The notes under the pieces were generated by a model. The model saw only the letters and a program-made list of their open reading frames with translations, searched no databases and had not been told where the DNA came from. Position numbers and translations under genes: made by a program. A DNA stretch of 60,918 bases, filler included, from Globobulimina sp. (lineage: Eukaryota): NCBI GenBank assembly GCA_003354225.1. It is 11 parts of 11 records of this genome, joined end to end, with 100 filler letters (N's around TTAATTAATTAA, not from the genome) between each part and the next. Parts side by side here need not be neighbours in the genome. Positions count along the whole stretch, not along the records: positions 1 to 5,453 come from PIVH01000562.1; positions 5,554 to 11,004 come from PIVH01000563.1; 9 more parts are not named here. One strand, given 5' to 3'. Below are positions 1 to 11,104 of the stretch, one piece after another (position 1 is the stretch's first letter; each line of letters begins with the position of its first letter).

Positions 1-66
1 CTTATTTCGTCAAAATAGAGGAATTGAAGAGCACAAGAAATTAGATGTAGTATTTAAAGACTTTTA

Positions 67-1485
67 ATGAGCGTTACATTTAATGAGCGATTAGAGTATA
101 AATTATTAGGTGGTCGGCCCGGATTCACCATATACTTTTTTAATACGTGTAAGGATAATTCGAAATACTTACATGACCCGAGAAAGATTGACAAATTATT
201 TTCTAATCTGTGTCCAATTTGGGACAAATTAAAAGTATGGTGCGTCAACCAAGGAAATAAGCATAATTCCGGCGAGAAATATGCAGAGCTATCGTTTGCA
301 TGGGAAGCCGATGAGTATGCCATTGAAGAATCGGGTATTGATAGTTTTGAGATGCTGGTTCTGGCGAAGCGGCAGTTCATTGAGAAAATGGCAGAGTTAC
401 GGAACAGCACAAATCGTGCTTTTATACGTACATTAGGCAAAAACTATAGATTTTGGGTTGAGCGACGCAAATATGACTCCCCGAGATCATTCAAATATGT
501 TTGTAACAACGCGTTTATATCGACCAAATTTAGGGAATCGAAGGCGTTCGAGGATGATATCGCGAGCCAGGAAGCGCTTAGTAAGATCCTTAACGGTTAC
601 AAAGGATTTAAGATTACTTGTGACCGATTTGGGAATGTTACGAAGAATATTAGCGGTGCGCTATGCATTACGTCGTCGGGCAAAATTCCATTGGATTGGT
701 TCAAGAAATCAATTCGATCATTAGCTGGCCAGAGGGTGTATTGGACCGTATTTAAAGAGAAACGTGATATGGAAAAGCGTGAGGTTTGGACGAATGATAA
801 AAAATTGAAGATGTTCAAAGAAATTAAAGTCAACGCCGGTATTAATAGAGGCATTAAATGGTGCTTAGATGATGAAAAAATCAGCGATGAGGTAATGCAA
901 TCACCACGTAAGCAATACCCAACCGATGACGACGGAAACGTTTTTATCAAAACCGCAGCGGCAATGATGGCAGCGCTGAATGGGAATTTGGCGTCGTTTA
1001 CGGAGAGATTGCTGTGTGACACTCGTGAGTTATTACAGCACGAACAGGGAGTGATTAGTGACCAAAATTGCGACGCTGAGGATGTGGAAGACGCAGACTT
1101 GGAAATGGCCGCGCATTTAAACGAGGATCCGTTGGGTGTGAACACCAATGTTCCTGCTGCAAATAATTCAAACTGTAGTGGAGAAGTGATGGGGAGCCAA
1201 TTGAGCGATGATTCGGTGCTAGGTCTTAGCACAAACACTTTCGCCGACCATATTAAGAAAGATCAGGTGGAAAATCTGCAGCGTAGCATCGCTGCAAAAG
1301 GCGGCAAAATTAGCGAGAAAGAAGCCATCCAAATAATGAGTTATTGTAAGTGGAATGGCAATATTGTCGGTGAATTATGTGGAGACAATTCCATTGCGAG
1401 AGTCGATGGCAAAATTAAATTGACGGGGATTGAGAGGTTTAATATGGCTAAAACTCCACAAAAAATCTCATTTGATGGGAATTAG
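67..1485 (+). CDS. LINE ORF1 (472 aa), no recognisable domain
   Basis: Long ORF directly upstream of and overlapping ORF2. Basic N-terminal half, acidic patch later; no CCHC knuckle seen. Confidence 0.75.
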   Translation: MSVTFNERLEYKLLGGRPGFTIYFFNTCKDNSKYLHDPRKIDKLFSNLCPIWDKLKVWCVNQGNKHNSGEKYAELSFAWEADEYAIEESGIDSFEMLVLAKRQFIEKMAELRNSTNRAFIRTLGKNYRFWVERRKYDSPRSFKYVCNNAFISTKFRESKAFEDDIASQEALSKILNGYKGFKITCDRFGNVTKNISGALCITSSGKIPLDWFKKSIRSLAGQRVYWTVFKEKRDMEKREVWTNDKKLKMFKEIKVNAGINRGIKWCLDDEKISDEVMQSPRKQYPTDDDGNVFIKTAAAMMAALNGNLASFTERLLCDTRELLQHEQGVISDQNCDAEDVEDADLEMAAHLNEDPLGVNTNVPAANNSNCSGEVMGSQLSDDSVLGLSTNTFADHIKKDQVENLQRSIAAKGGKISEKEAIQIMSYCKWNGNIVGELCGDNSIARVDGKIKLTGIERFNMAKTPQKISFDGN

Positions 1486-4400
1486 GGGGGTTTCGCACAT
1501 ATTTTACACCAAACTGTTAAAAAATTATCATGAAGGATTGCCCCAAGCCCCCCATGATATTACGAATACGCTGTGTTGTGGAAATATCTCCTCAAATCCA
1601 AGCACAGTCACTGTTTCAGCAGAGGAGTATCATCAAAATAGCAATGTGGTTCGAAGTGAGATTGTTAACTCATTTCATACATCATGGGATAGTTCAAAAT
1701 CTGGCACAAATTCAAGTAGTGCCAATGGGAACGATGCCTGTGATATTGTTTTAAATCAAAATAACGATTCTATCAATGTTAAAAATGTTTTATTAGAAAA
1801 TGCGTCGAATAATGACATTGGAGCTATTATAAGCGATGAAAATGCCGTTACGAGACGTAATTATTTAAGTAATTACGACAACAATTTATTTTTAGAAGAT
1901 ATTGATGAGAATTGTATACATCGTACAAATTCGAATCAAAATCTGAATGTGAATATCAATTTAAATCATAATCTGAATGAGAATATCGATATTGATCAAA
2001 GTTTGAATGAGAATGAGCGGATTGTTCATAATCTGAATGAGAAAGTCGTTATCAATCATAATCTGAATGACATAATCGATATTAATCCCGCACTGAGCGA
2101 TAAATCCGATGACGCCTTGAGTAAAATTGAAAGTGACAATAAATTGAGAGATGAATACTTATTTGAACGTAAGAATGGTTTATTAATTTGTCAATGGAAT
2201 ATCGATGGATTTACAATGAATATACGCACGCATTTGCATTATATTATTTGTTCGAAGTGTCCAGACATTTTCGTGCTGCAAGAAGCGTATAAATTTTATG
2301 ACGAGAATTGTAGCGATTGGACTGTCCAAATTAAGGGATATAAGTCGATTGGAATGAAGCGGAATGGATACGGCAAGGTTTTAATATTAATACGGGACGG
2401 CATCCACCACGAACGAGTAAATATTAATTTTAGGCACAACAATGATATCGATAAAAGAATCAAGTTATTGCATGGATGTAGCAGTGATGCAGAGACCGAG
2501 AGAGTGAATTTGTTGATGTCTAAATTGTATACCGTCACAGTAAAGATCTATAATAATGACATGAAGCAAGCCTTTGTCATTAACACTTATTATCGCCCAC
2601 AAAATGGATTGCCAAATGGGTCGAATATTAGATTAATAACCCAATATTTTGAGTTATTAGCTAAGAAATCAGATATTCGTAGTCATCCGATCTGGACTGG
2701 CGGCGATTACAATGCTCATAATAATGCATGGTTTGATGGTGAAATTGGATATTCGAAGGCGCAGAAATGCGGCGATTGTTTAGCTGAATGGATATATAAA
2801 AACAAGTGGAATATACTCAACGATGGGCTGCCAACACGAATTAGAAAAGAACAGAGGACGGCGCCGGACGTTGTTATGGTTAATAATAATTCGGCAGCGA
2901 CAGACTGGAAGTACTGGTCAGAGGATTTTAGCGAATTCGATGAGAATCGCTACCTCTCGGATCATCTATGTCTGTTTTCGTATCACAGCGAGGGCGATTT
3001 GTTTGAGAAATCGCCGAATGAGTTTGTGATAAAAACCGGAGAGGATAGAGATTGGGAGAAATGGGAGAGAGAGCTTGGTAGAAATGTCGCAGAATGGAAT
3101 ATAAAATATGGCGACAACATAAATAAGATCATCGATCAGTACTTGGATGTCTATGGAAACGGTAACTGCGATATTAACCGACAGTATTTGTTGGAATATG
3201 GAGGGTTATCGGAGGAGGATATTCTGGAGGCGGTCGATGCTTATTTTAAACAAGTCATTATCGACACATCTATGGAGGTGTTGGGCTTAAGGAAGAGATC
3301 AAAGAGAAAGTCTATGTCATGGATGACGACAGAAATAAGAAACGCTATTTCAAGTTACAAATGTTATCGACAAAGATTTAATTTATTCTCGAAGAAGAAA
3401 AAGAAAATTTGTAAGACGATATTGGAGGAAAAGAAGGCGATTAGGAACAAACTGTGCGAAAATGGGAGAATTGCATGGTTGAGAGATGAAATTAGATCAA
3501 TGGGCAACGAAGGACGTATGCCATGGAAGAAAATAAATGACATCGTTAAGAATGACAAAGCCACCACGGATATGATACCGGTATGGTATAACAAGGATGG
3601 ATCATTAAATGCGATTAAATCCAGCGACAAAGCGAAGAATTATTTGAATTATATCCATAGATTTGATGATGACGAAATGGAGGAGGAAAGGGAGGAAATT
3701 GCAAATAAAAAGGTTGATAAAATTATAAATAAATATAATAAATCAAACAGAATCAAATTTGGGACAGAGAAACATAAACAAGAAGCAATAAAAATGAATT
3801 CGATAATGAGGAGAGAAGAAGTTAAGAAATTGATAATGTCATTTAACAGAAACAAAGCGAGTAACTCCGACAAATCCAACTATGTATTGTTGCAGAGAGG
3901 GATTGATATTTTGGAGGAAGGCCTATATCGTTGTTATAATATCCTCTTTATTATGGGCCTGAGGGTGAAGTCGATGAATGTAAGGGAGATATCATTAATA
4001 TTAAAGTCCGGGAAAGAGGCGAAATATATGGATAGCTATCGGCCCGTAGCGTTGCTGTCAAGTTGCAGCAATCCATTCGATAAATGGATGGCTGGGCGCT
4101 ATCTTACGGGTATTAGAATGCGAATAATTAGATTGAGACACTTTGGATTTATGAAAGGGATCGGTTGTGTGGACACCATCGCGTATTTGGTGGAACTCAT
4201 ATGGAATAACCGAGTTATTCGGAAAGAAATGCATGTCGTATTCATTGATTTTAAGGCTGCGTTTGATACATTACAGCACAAAGTGATTTTGGATTGCATG
4301 GAATTTGATATTGGGATTACAGGATTTGCGCTGAGATATTTGTTTGTGGCATTAGAATATCGATGGGGAAGAGTGAAAGTGTACGGATTTTACAGTGAGT

Positions 4401-5453
4401 GGCGTCAGGATATTTGTGGAGTGCCACAAGGCTGGCCACCGTCACCTGTGATTTTCATATTCTTCACAGTCGAATTCGATGTAATCAATGAGATGGACTT
4501 AGGTTTGGAGTTGATTGGCTATGCAGATGATAATAATTTGGTTTCCAATGGAAGCGTTTCTGGAAACGAGTTGCGGCTCAATTTACAGACTGCGATAGAT
4601 TTAATTACTTATATCGCGAAGAAAAAGAGGTTGTTTCTGCAGCCAAAGAAACAAAATTATATGGTGATTGACGACAAACTGAATAAGAAAAGTCACAAAC
4701 AAATGTACTTCGATCTGACGATGAATGAGAAAATAATCAAGAAGCAATATACGCCGGTTAGATATTTGGGAGTATGGATTGATTGGAATTTGAATTGGCA
4801 GCACCAATACGCGAGCACCATAAGCAACGGACGACGGACATTTATTAATATATATAACAGATACAAACATGCCTCAAGCATGTTAGCTAAGTATCTTATT
4901 AATATATATAAAGCGTTCGTGTTCCCGAAGATCTTATATGCGGCGGAAATATGGTATGCTGAGAAGCATCCATTATCGCCGAAGTTGCAGTCGCTGTATA
5001 ATGATATGATCAGACATTGTAATGGCTCGAATAGAACAAATCCGATCATATGGCAACATGTCCAAATCGGAGAAACGAGTTTGACGCAAATGGCGAAGCA
5101 GAAGAAGTCGACTCTGTGGTCGCGGCTTATCAGATCGCCAGAATCTAATATATTAAGTCAAATAATTAAGGATCGATATTGGTGTAAGTGGAATAAGGAG
5201 AGATTGAGCGACGAGGATCGTTGCTTTGCCGTCTCCCAAAGCACCAAAGGTATAGAAAAAACGCCGAATGAGTGGGATATTACCATTGCAAACGAGATCC
5301 ATAGGAATGGCACGAATGAAACGTGGATGTTCGCGGAGCACGGCCCCGGGGATCAAGGATACAAAAATAAGAACGAGATTGCGAGTAAGTATCGGAGAAA
5401 ATATAAAGGCCGATACCATATTTTTTATGAGTTGTTCGACGAAGCGAAGAGTT
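1475..5453 (+). CDS. LINE ORF2: APE endonuclease + reverse transcriptase (partial)
   Basis: APE motifs QWNIDG, LQEA, GGDYNAH, PTR..PDVVMV, SDH. RT motifs YRPVALL, FGFMKG, FIDFKAAFD, GVPQG, YADD, YLGVWID. First ATG is at 1475; the track start at 1430 is TTG. Confidence 0.95.
1934..2113 (+). repeat. Coding minisatellite, 5-6 x 30 bp (NHNLNENIDI-like decapeptide)
   Basis: Units resembling aatcataatctgaatgagaatatcgatatt start at 1934, 1964, 1994, 2024 and 2054, with a degenerate one at 2084. Confidence 0.9.
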
Positions 5454-5553
5454 NNNNNNNNNNNNNNNNNNNNNNNNNNNNNNNNNNNNNNNNNNNNTTA
5501 ATTAATTAANNNNNNNNNNNNNNNNNNNNNNNNNNNNNNNNNNNNNNNNNNNN
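5454..5553. other. Artificial contig-joining linker (first of 10)
   Basis: N44-TTAATTAATTAA-N44 puts stops in all six frames. Same linker at 11005-11104, 16555-16654, 22105-22204, 27654-27753, 33203-33302, 38749-38848, 44292-44391, 49835-49934 and 55378-55477. Contig lengths never increase along the window. Confidence 0.99.
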
Positions 5554-5945
5554 AATATTGGTGTTGATATAACCACTGTTTGTAATATATTCAATATATT
5601 ACTTGCTGTAGCAAAATTTGATGAATTTGAGGTTGATTGAACTATAAAATAACCAGTCGAATTCTGGTTAATTTCTAATTGCTTTGCTGAAGCTGAAAAA
5701 TCAAAATCTGATGATAATAATGTAAGCATTCCACTATTTTCTACTGTTTTTTTCATGAAATTGCAATTATTTGGTGTTGCAATTGGTTTTGTTGTTACAC
5801 ATAATGATAATAAAACCGTAGGTTCTTTTGTTTTTAATGGTGTCCAATTTAACGTTATATTTGTAGCAATAAACCAATTTTCATTGGACGTGGCGATATG
5901 AAATAATATGAGTATACTATACAATAAACAACAAGTGGACGCCAT
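5554..5945 (-). CDS. Hypothetical secreted protein, partial
   Basis: ATG plus hydrophobic signal-like N-terminus (MASTCCLLYSILILFHIATS); open to the contig end. Confidence 0.5.
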
Positions 5946-5972
5946 GTTAGTTAGTTAGTAAAGTTACTATAA

Positions 5973-6821
5973 AAAAAAACATTAAAATGGTTACGCCAAG
6001 TGTCAGAGGGCAATTCAAATCTGACACAGTCAACTTATTCCAATGTGATGCGTCATATTTTGAGAAATGAAGGTGTTTCTGGATCATTCCGTGGCGTGAC
6101 AGCAGCAGTAACGAGAAACATGCCGCATGCTGCATTAATCTATACATTGTTTCCAAAGATAAAAAATGAAATAACGTTGCACTCGAACGAGAGGTCAATT
6201 CATATAAATGATAGTTTAATTAATGCTTTGTCCGGAAGCATAGCTTCAATCATTGTCACTTGCATAACGCATCCGGGAGACACTATGCGTGTTCGTTTCA
6301 CAGTGCAATATTCCTCATCCATCCGATATTCATCCTATTCACAGCTATTTGCATCAATGTATGCAGAGGGAATTGGATCCTTTTATAGAGGCCTGTTTGT
6401 GTCATGCATTGGCACCACGATAAGGGGTGGTGTTGGTTTTGGTTTTTATGAAACATTAAAATCTGAAGACATCAAACATTGGCATGTCGAACATCCAGTG
6501 TTTGAAAGATTTGCTATTGGATTTGTGGCTGGCGGCGTCTCGACGTTTGCCTCCTATCCAGCGGATACAGTGAGGCGAAGGATGCAAGTTTGGGGAATGA
6601 ATAGGGAATTGACACGAAATGAGGCTAAAAATTTTGGTAACATATTGCCAGAATACATCAAAAACGCGCGGTCTTTGTTTGTTCATATTTTGCGGAATGA
6701 AGGAATGCGTGGAATGTTTAAAGGATTTGGGATTACAATGGTAAAAACACCAATTGCTACTGCTGTGAGTCTCACTTTGAATGATATTGCTAAGAAATAT
6801 ATATTTGATATCGATGCATGA
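5973..6821 (+). CDS. Mitochondrial carrier (SLC25) family protein, CoA-carrier-like, lacking its first helix
   Basis: Signature motifs PGDTMRVRF and PADTVRRRMQ; three EG..G/S.F/Y[RK]G repeats; no in-frame ATG before the first repeat. Confidence 0.85.
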   Translation, partial: KKTLKWLRQVSEGNSNLTQSTYSNVMRHILRNEGVSGSFRGVTAAVTRNMPHAALIYTLFPKIKNEITLHSNERSIHINDSLINALSGSIASIIVTCITHPGDTMRVRFTVQYSSSIRYSSYSQLFASMYAEGIGSFYRGLFVSCIGTTIRGGVGFGFYETLKSEDIKHWHVEHPVFERFAIGFVAGGVSTFASYPADTVRRRMQVWGMNRELTRNEAKNFGNILPEYIKNARSLFVHILRNEGMRGMFKGFGITMVKTPIATAVSLTLNDIAKKYIFDIDA

Positions 6822-6900
6822 GTTTTAAACGTTTGAGGATCGAGTGTCAAACTAAAGCTTAGTACCGCTAGCTAGATTTTTAATATCAATTAAAATAATC

Positions 6901-7902
6901 ATGTCGACGTTGTACAACAACCACAGCCGTTTTGGCAAACATCGGAAACAATTGTTGGTACAAGGATACATCAATAAAAATTGTAATGAATGGGGATTGC
7001 ATATACCAATAGATGTCGTAAATATGTTTTATATATATTTTGATGATATTTTCTATTGGCATTTGGAGGGAGATGAATTTGAAGAATTTAAATCAAAACC
7101 AAACACGCAATGTATGATATCATCGTTATTTAATTACAACCATCATTTATTCGAATGTGGTGTATTCCCAAATGGTCGATTGCTATCTCAATCAAATTAT
7201 GTCATTTTTTACATTTCAATGCCAAATATATCACAATTCTTTGATGCTAACGATAATATTCAACAATTAACTGTATATTTTCAATTATTTTGTGAAGAAA
7301 CACAGTCGCAATGGAAAGGTATTCGAGTTTATATAAATGATAATAAAAAATCCGCAGGCTGGTCTGCAAAAACATTGCCATTACAAATCTGCAAATCATT
7401 TAATTCTTTATGGCTTAGCTGTTATGTGCAGATTTTGCATGTAAAATATAAAAAAACAGAGACTTTAGCAATTACACACAATAAATACAATAATAGCAAA
7501 ATAACATATGAATGGAGGATTGATAAGCAATTATTAAATGATGTTAAAAATTGTAATTTTGGGAAAACGTTTTTTTCGAATGTTTTTGGTGGAATTGACG
7601 AATGTGAATGGATATTAATGATGGCACCACATTTAAATACAAACAGTGGAATAGTTCCTGGCAAATTTTTCCAGTGTGTTTTTACATGTTTACGATGCAT
7701 TAAATTACCAAAAGATATGGACAGTATAAAGGTAGAATATTTGATTGAATGTGATTCCAGCAATAAAAAACAAGATACAATGCAATGTGGGGATTTTTCA
7801 TATGTGAATAATCTGTCTGGATGGAAAAATCATGAGATATCGGCTAAAGCTTTTGACGCAAGATCATCAATGGTCATTTCTGTAGTCATTAACTTTCAAT
7901 AA
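6901..7902 (+). CDS. Hypothetical protein with an LLVQGYI..IP.D N-terminal motif and two MATH-like repeats
   Basis: Duplicated F/Y.W.L/I ... S..F ... PNG/APH beta-sandwich pattern. Confidence 0.6.
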   Translation: MSTLYNNHSRFGKHRKQLLVQGYINKNCNEWGLHIPIDVVNMFYIYFDDIFYWHLEGDEFEEFKSKPNTQCMISSLFNYNHHLFECGVFPNGRLLSQSNYVIFYISMPNISQFFDANDNIQQLTVYFQLFCEETQSQWKGIRVYINDNKKSAGWSAKTLPLQICKSFNSLWLSCYVQILHVKYKKTETLAITHNKYNNSKITYEWRIDKQLLNDVKNCNFGKTFFSNVFGGIDECEWILMMAPHLNTNSGIVPGKFFQCVFTCLRCIKLPKDMDSIKVEYLIECDSSNKKQDTMQCGDFSYVNNLSGWKNHEISAKAFDARSSMVISVVINFQ

Positions 7903-8127
7903 GCAATTAATTATATGTTCAATATTAATAAACTTCTCAACTTCCAAACTTCTTTAATTTTTCTATGTTAGCTCGATAACCAAAGCAGACTGTTTAAACG
8001 CCGTAGGGCTTGGTGGACGGTGGTAAAACTTACGATTATATTGGTATTCCGATGCAATTCAATAATGGATCAAAATACATAAGAAAAACAACAATAATAA
8101 TAACAAACCAACACAGAAAACAAACAA

Positions 8128-11004
8128 TTAAAATCCATAACGACCTAACGCACCAATTCTAACTTCAACAAATTCCTTTCGAGGTAATGAATAAACAAAA
8201 ACATTGCCATTTGCAGTTCCGACAAATAGAAAAGTTTCATTTTTTGATATATATATTGAAGTAATAGATTTTTTATAAACCTTTGCCTCTTTAAATTTCT
8301 TTTTGGTTTTAAATGATGGCAATTCCTTAATATTTACCACACAATTCTTTCCACCACAAACTATATAATTTCCTGATTTTGAGAATTGAATATCATTAAA
8401 AATGTCATCCTTTGATGAGGAACAATTTATCATTTTACCATTTGATGAATATAAAAATATATCCTTTGTTTGATTTGAATAACATAAAATATATCCAAAT
8501 ACCTCCGACACTCTCACTGTGGTCAAGGCACTGCATTCAATGCCATTTTTCAAAGGTTTCATATCTGGACTCGGTGACTCTGAATCAGTATCTTCCTTTT
8601 TTTCTTCTTTTTCCTTCCCATATAATTGTTTGTGTTTTTTTAATTCATTTTCTTTTCTTAACTTCATACATTTATCAACAAATGGCTGTAACATATGATA
8701 GTGATCACCGGTCGACGAGTTATAAATATTTACAATGCCATCCAAGGAGCAACATGCAATAATTCCAGATTTTAATGAAATATCAACACATTGGATAGCA
8801 GATAATTGATTTACTAAATGATGGATCGGTTCAATATCAACTAAATATTTACGAGTACTGTTATCTGTGCTGGATTTCATATTTATTCTCCAAACAATTA
8901 AGGATTGATCATATGATCCAGTCACTAAAATTGCTTTTTGTTTTTCTATGTTTTCGTCCAAAGCTAAACATGATACGACATCTTCGTGTTCCACAATTGA
9001 TTTAATCATTGTTGAATTCAGAACATCCCAAATTACAAACGAACAATCTTCGAAGCCACATACAAATGTAAATAAACCATCTTTCGTAGCTGCAAAGCAT
9101 GTGTTTCCATTATATATTTTTCCTGATAGGTCGCCACCAATTTTATTTTGTTTTTTTGCTTTCCCGAAACTTAAAAGAGTACAATGTGTAACACACAAAC
9201 GTTTCTCACAAAAACAAACCTTAACAATTTTGAAATATTGATTGATAAACTTTTCTGTTTCTCGATACATATTTTATTTGCATTCCAGTTATGAACATCC
9301 AAACAATAATCATTCCCAACACATATCACATTTTTATTAATAACATTCCTTGAAATTGATACAATTCCAATATTCTCATTGTCTGTCAGCGAATTACAAC
9401 TATAACACTGCACTTTCTTCGATTTAAATATTGTCTTCAACACTTCACTCTGTTTAAATCTTTGTGGATGAGCATCATTGAATAACTGCAACGGCGTCTG
9501 TCCAAATTCATCAATTTGGGATAAAATTGCTTTTTTTTGTGTTTCATCATTTACTTTATCAATATCTACATTCCCTTCATATGTATATGGATGAAACACA
9601 TTAAATGCCTTTTCAGCTTCAATTCCTTTTTGCTTATAACCAAATATTAAATCGACCCAATTATGTAAATTTGATGAAACATATTCCGATTCCAACGCAT
9701 CTCTCATTGTCTTAATAAACGTTTCCGATGAATTATTGGCCCATTCCGGCAACAAAACATCTGATACAACCACATTGTCACAGTTTCGTTTACCTAAATC
9801 CAGATTTTGTTTGTTACACAAAAAATCGGTCAAGTAATAAAACTCTGGTATTAACTCTTTAACATCGCCTGGGTTTTTCAAGCACCCTTTAAAAGTATCA
9901 GAAATGCTATGAAATAATCTCTCGGCACAGTCAAATTTGCCATCCTGGAACTTCAAATTGTAGGTTGTAAAGGGCTGCATTCTCAGCAAGTAATACAATA
10001 TGTAACCAATGGAGCTATAATGTGTGCCATACATGAAACAGTTGTCATCGTCATCTTCTTTCAGAGAGTCATAACGTTCCACTGTTTTCTGCAAACTTTC
10101 AGCATCCAAAGCACCAATAGGTTTGGATAAATCTCTATATATTTTGTTATCTGTTAAATCCAAAGTAGCCGAAACAAAATCCGTTATGACCCATGGAACC
10201 ACGGGATACTGCGTCAAATCATTAAATGTGCGGCCAGCCAAAGTATTTAATCCCATCAAATATTCGAAATTGGATATTTCTCGCTGGCACCATTTGTGAT
10301 GTATCTGTGATGTTTTTATGGCGGTTTTGGGGTTTTGGAAAAATTCTGCACTTTCAATCAAGTTTGGTGGGTCTAATGCGATAATTGCATCAAACACTTT
10401 GTTCCTACATTGGACATCAAAGAAGGAAAAGAGCCACGATGTCTCATCATTGAAAAACAGCTCAAATGCACAATTGCGAAGTTGATACCGTCGGTAATAG
10501 ATTTCATTTAATTGGTCTATGAACCAGAATCTATGAGCATTCATTAAACGGTATCGAGTGCCGCCAACCTGTTGATATGACGAACATACATTGGTTGCAA
10601 TCCAGTATTCATTCAGTTTGCTTTTATTGCTATTTGTATTATTCAGTACCATTGCTTCTAAAAGAGAGGAATTTGATTGCTTTTCATCACTGAGCTCGAG
10701 TGTTGTTGGTGTTATTGTTGACGGAGTGTTGTTGCTATCGAGTGGTGCAAAGTTAGATGTATTAATTGTTTTCGTTTCAATTCCTTTGTAGATTTGACAT
10801 GTGGGTGGTGTTGATTTTGATGCATATAAAGGAGGTGGGTGCATTGCTAAGTTGATTTCGTGTTGGTTGCATTTTTTATTTGGTTGATGCTGATCTGGTA
10901 CAAACGTGATTGAGGTTGAGGTTAATTTGAACTTACCGCGTATTCTCGTCATAGGTGCTATTAATTCACATGGTTCAATCAGTAACGTTGCATCGTCTTT
11001 GATA
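8128..11004 (-). CDS. PH-BEACH-WD40 protein (neurobeachin/LvsC-like), 5'-partial, 2 exons
   Basis: BEACH motifs ISNFEYLMGLNTLAGRTFNDLTQYPVVPW, YGTHYS, DVKELIPEFY, FGQTPLQLF, then WD40 repeats. A 50-nt phase-2 GT..AG intron (9219-9170) joins the two track ORFs in frame. Confidence 0.95.
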
Positions 11005-11104
11005 NNNNNNNNNNNNNNNNNNNNNNNNNNNNNNNNNNNNNNNNNNNNTTAATTAATTAANNNNNNNNNNNNNNNNNNNNNNNNNNNNNNNNNNNNNNNN
11101 NNNN

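Larger units (their letters stand above)
1..5453 (+). mobile_element. Non-LTR retrotransposon (LINE) with ORF1 and APE-RT ORF2, cut at the 3' end by the contig boundary
   Basis: Two intronless overlapping ORFs; ORF2 has an APE endonuclease followed by a non-LTR RT. Confidence 0.93.

Noticed and set aside
9170-9270. Overlapping or split ORF pairs suggesting programmed frameshifts (also near 17500, 19080, 22900, 28820, 39600, 51800 and 58980)
   Set aside because: Each is resolved by a short GT-AG intron with matching phase.
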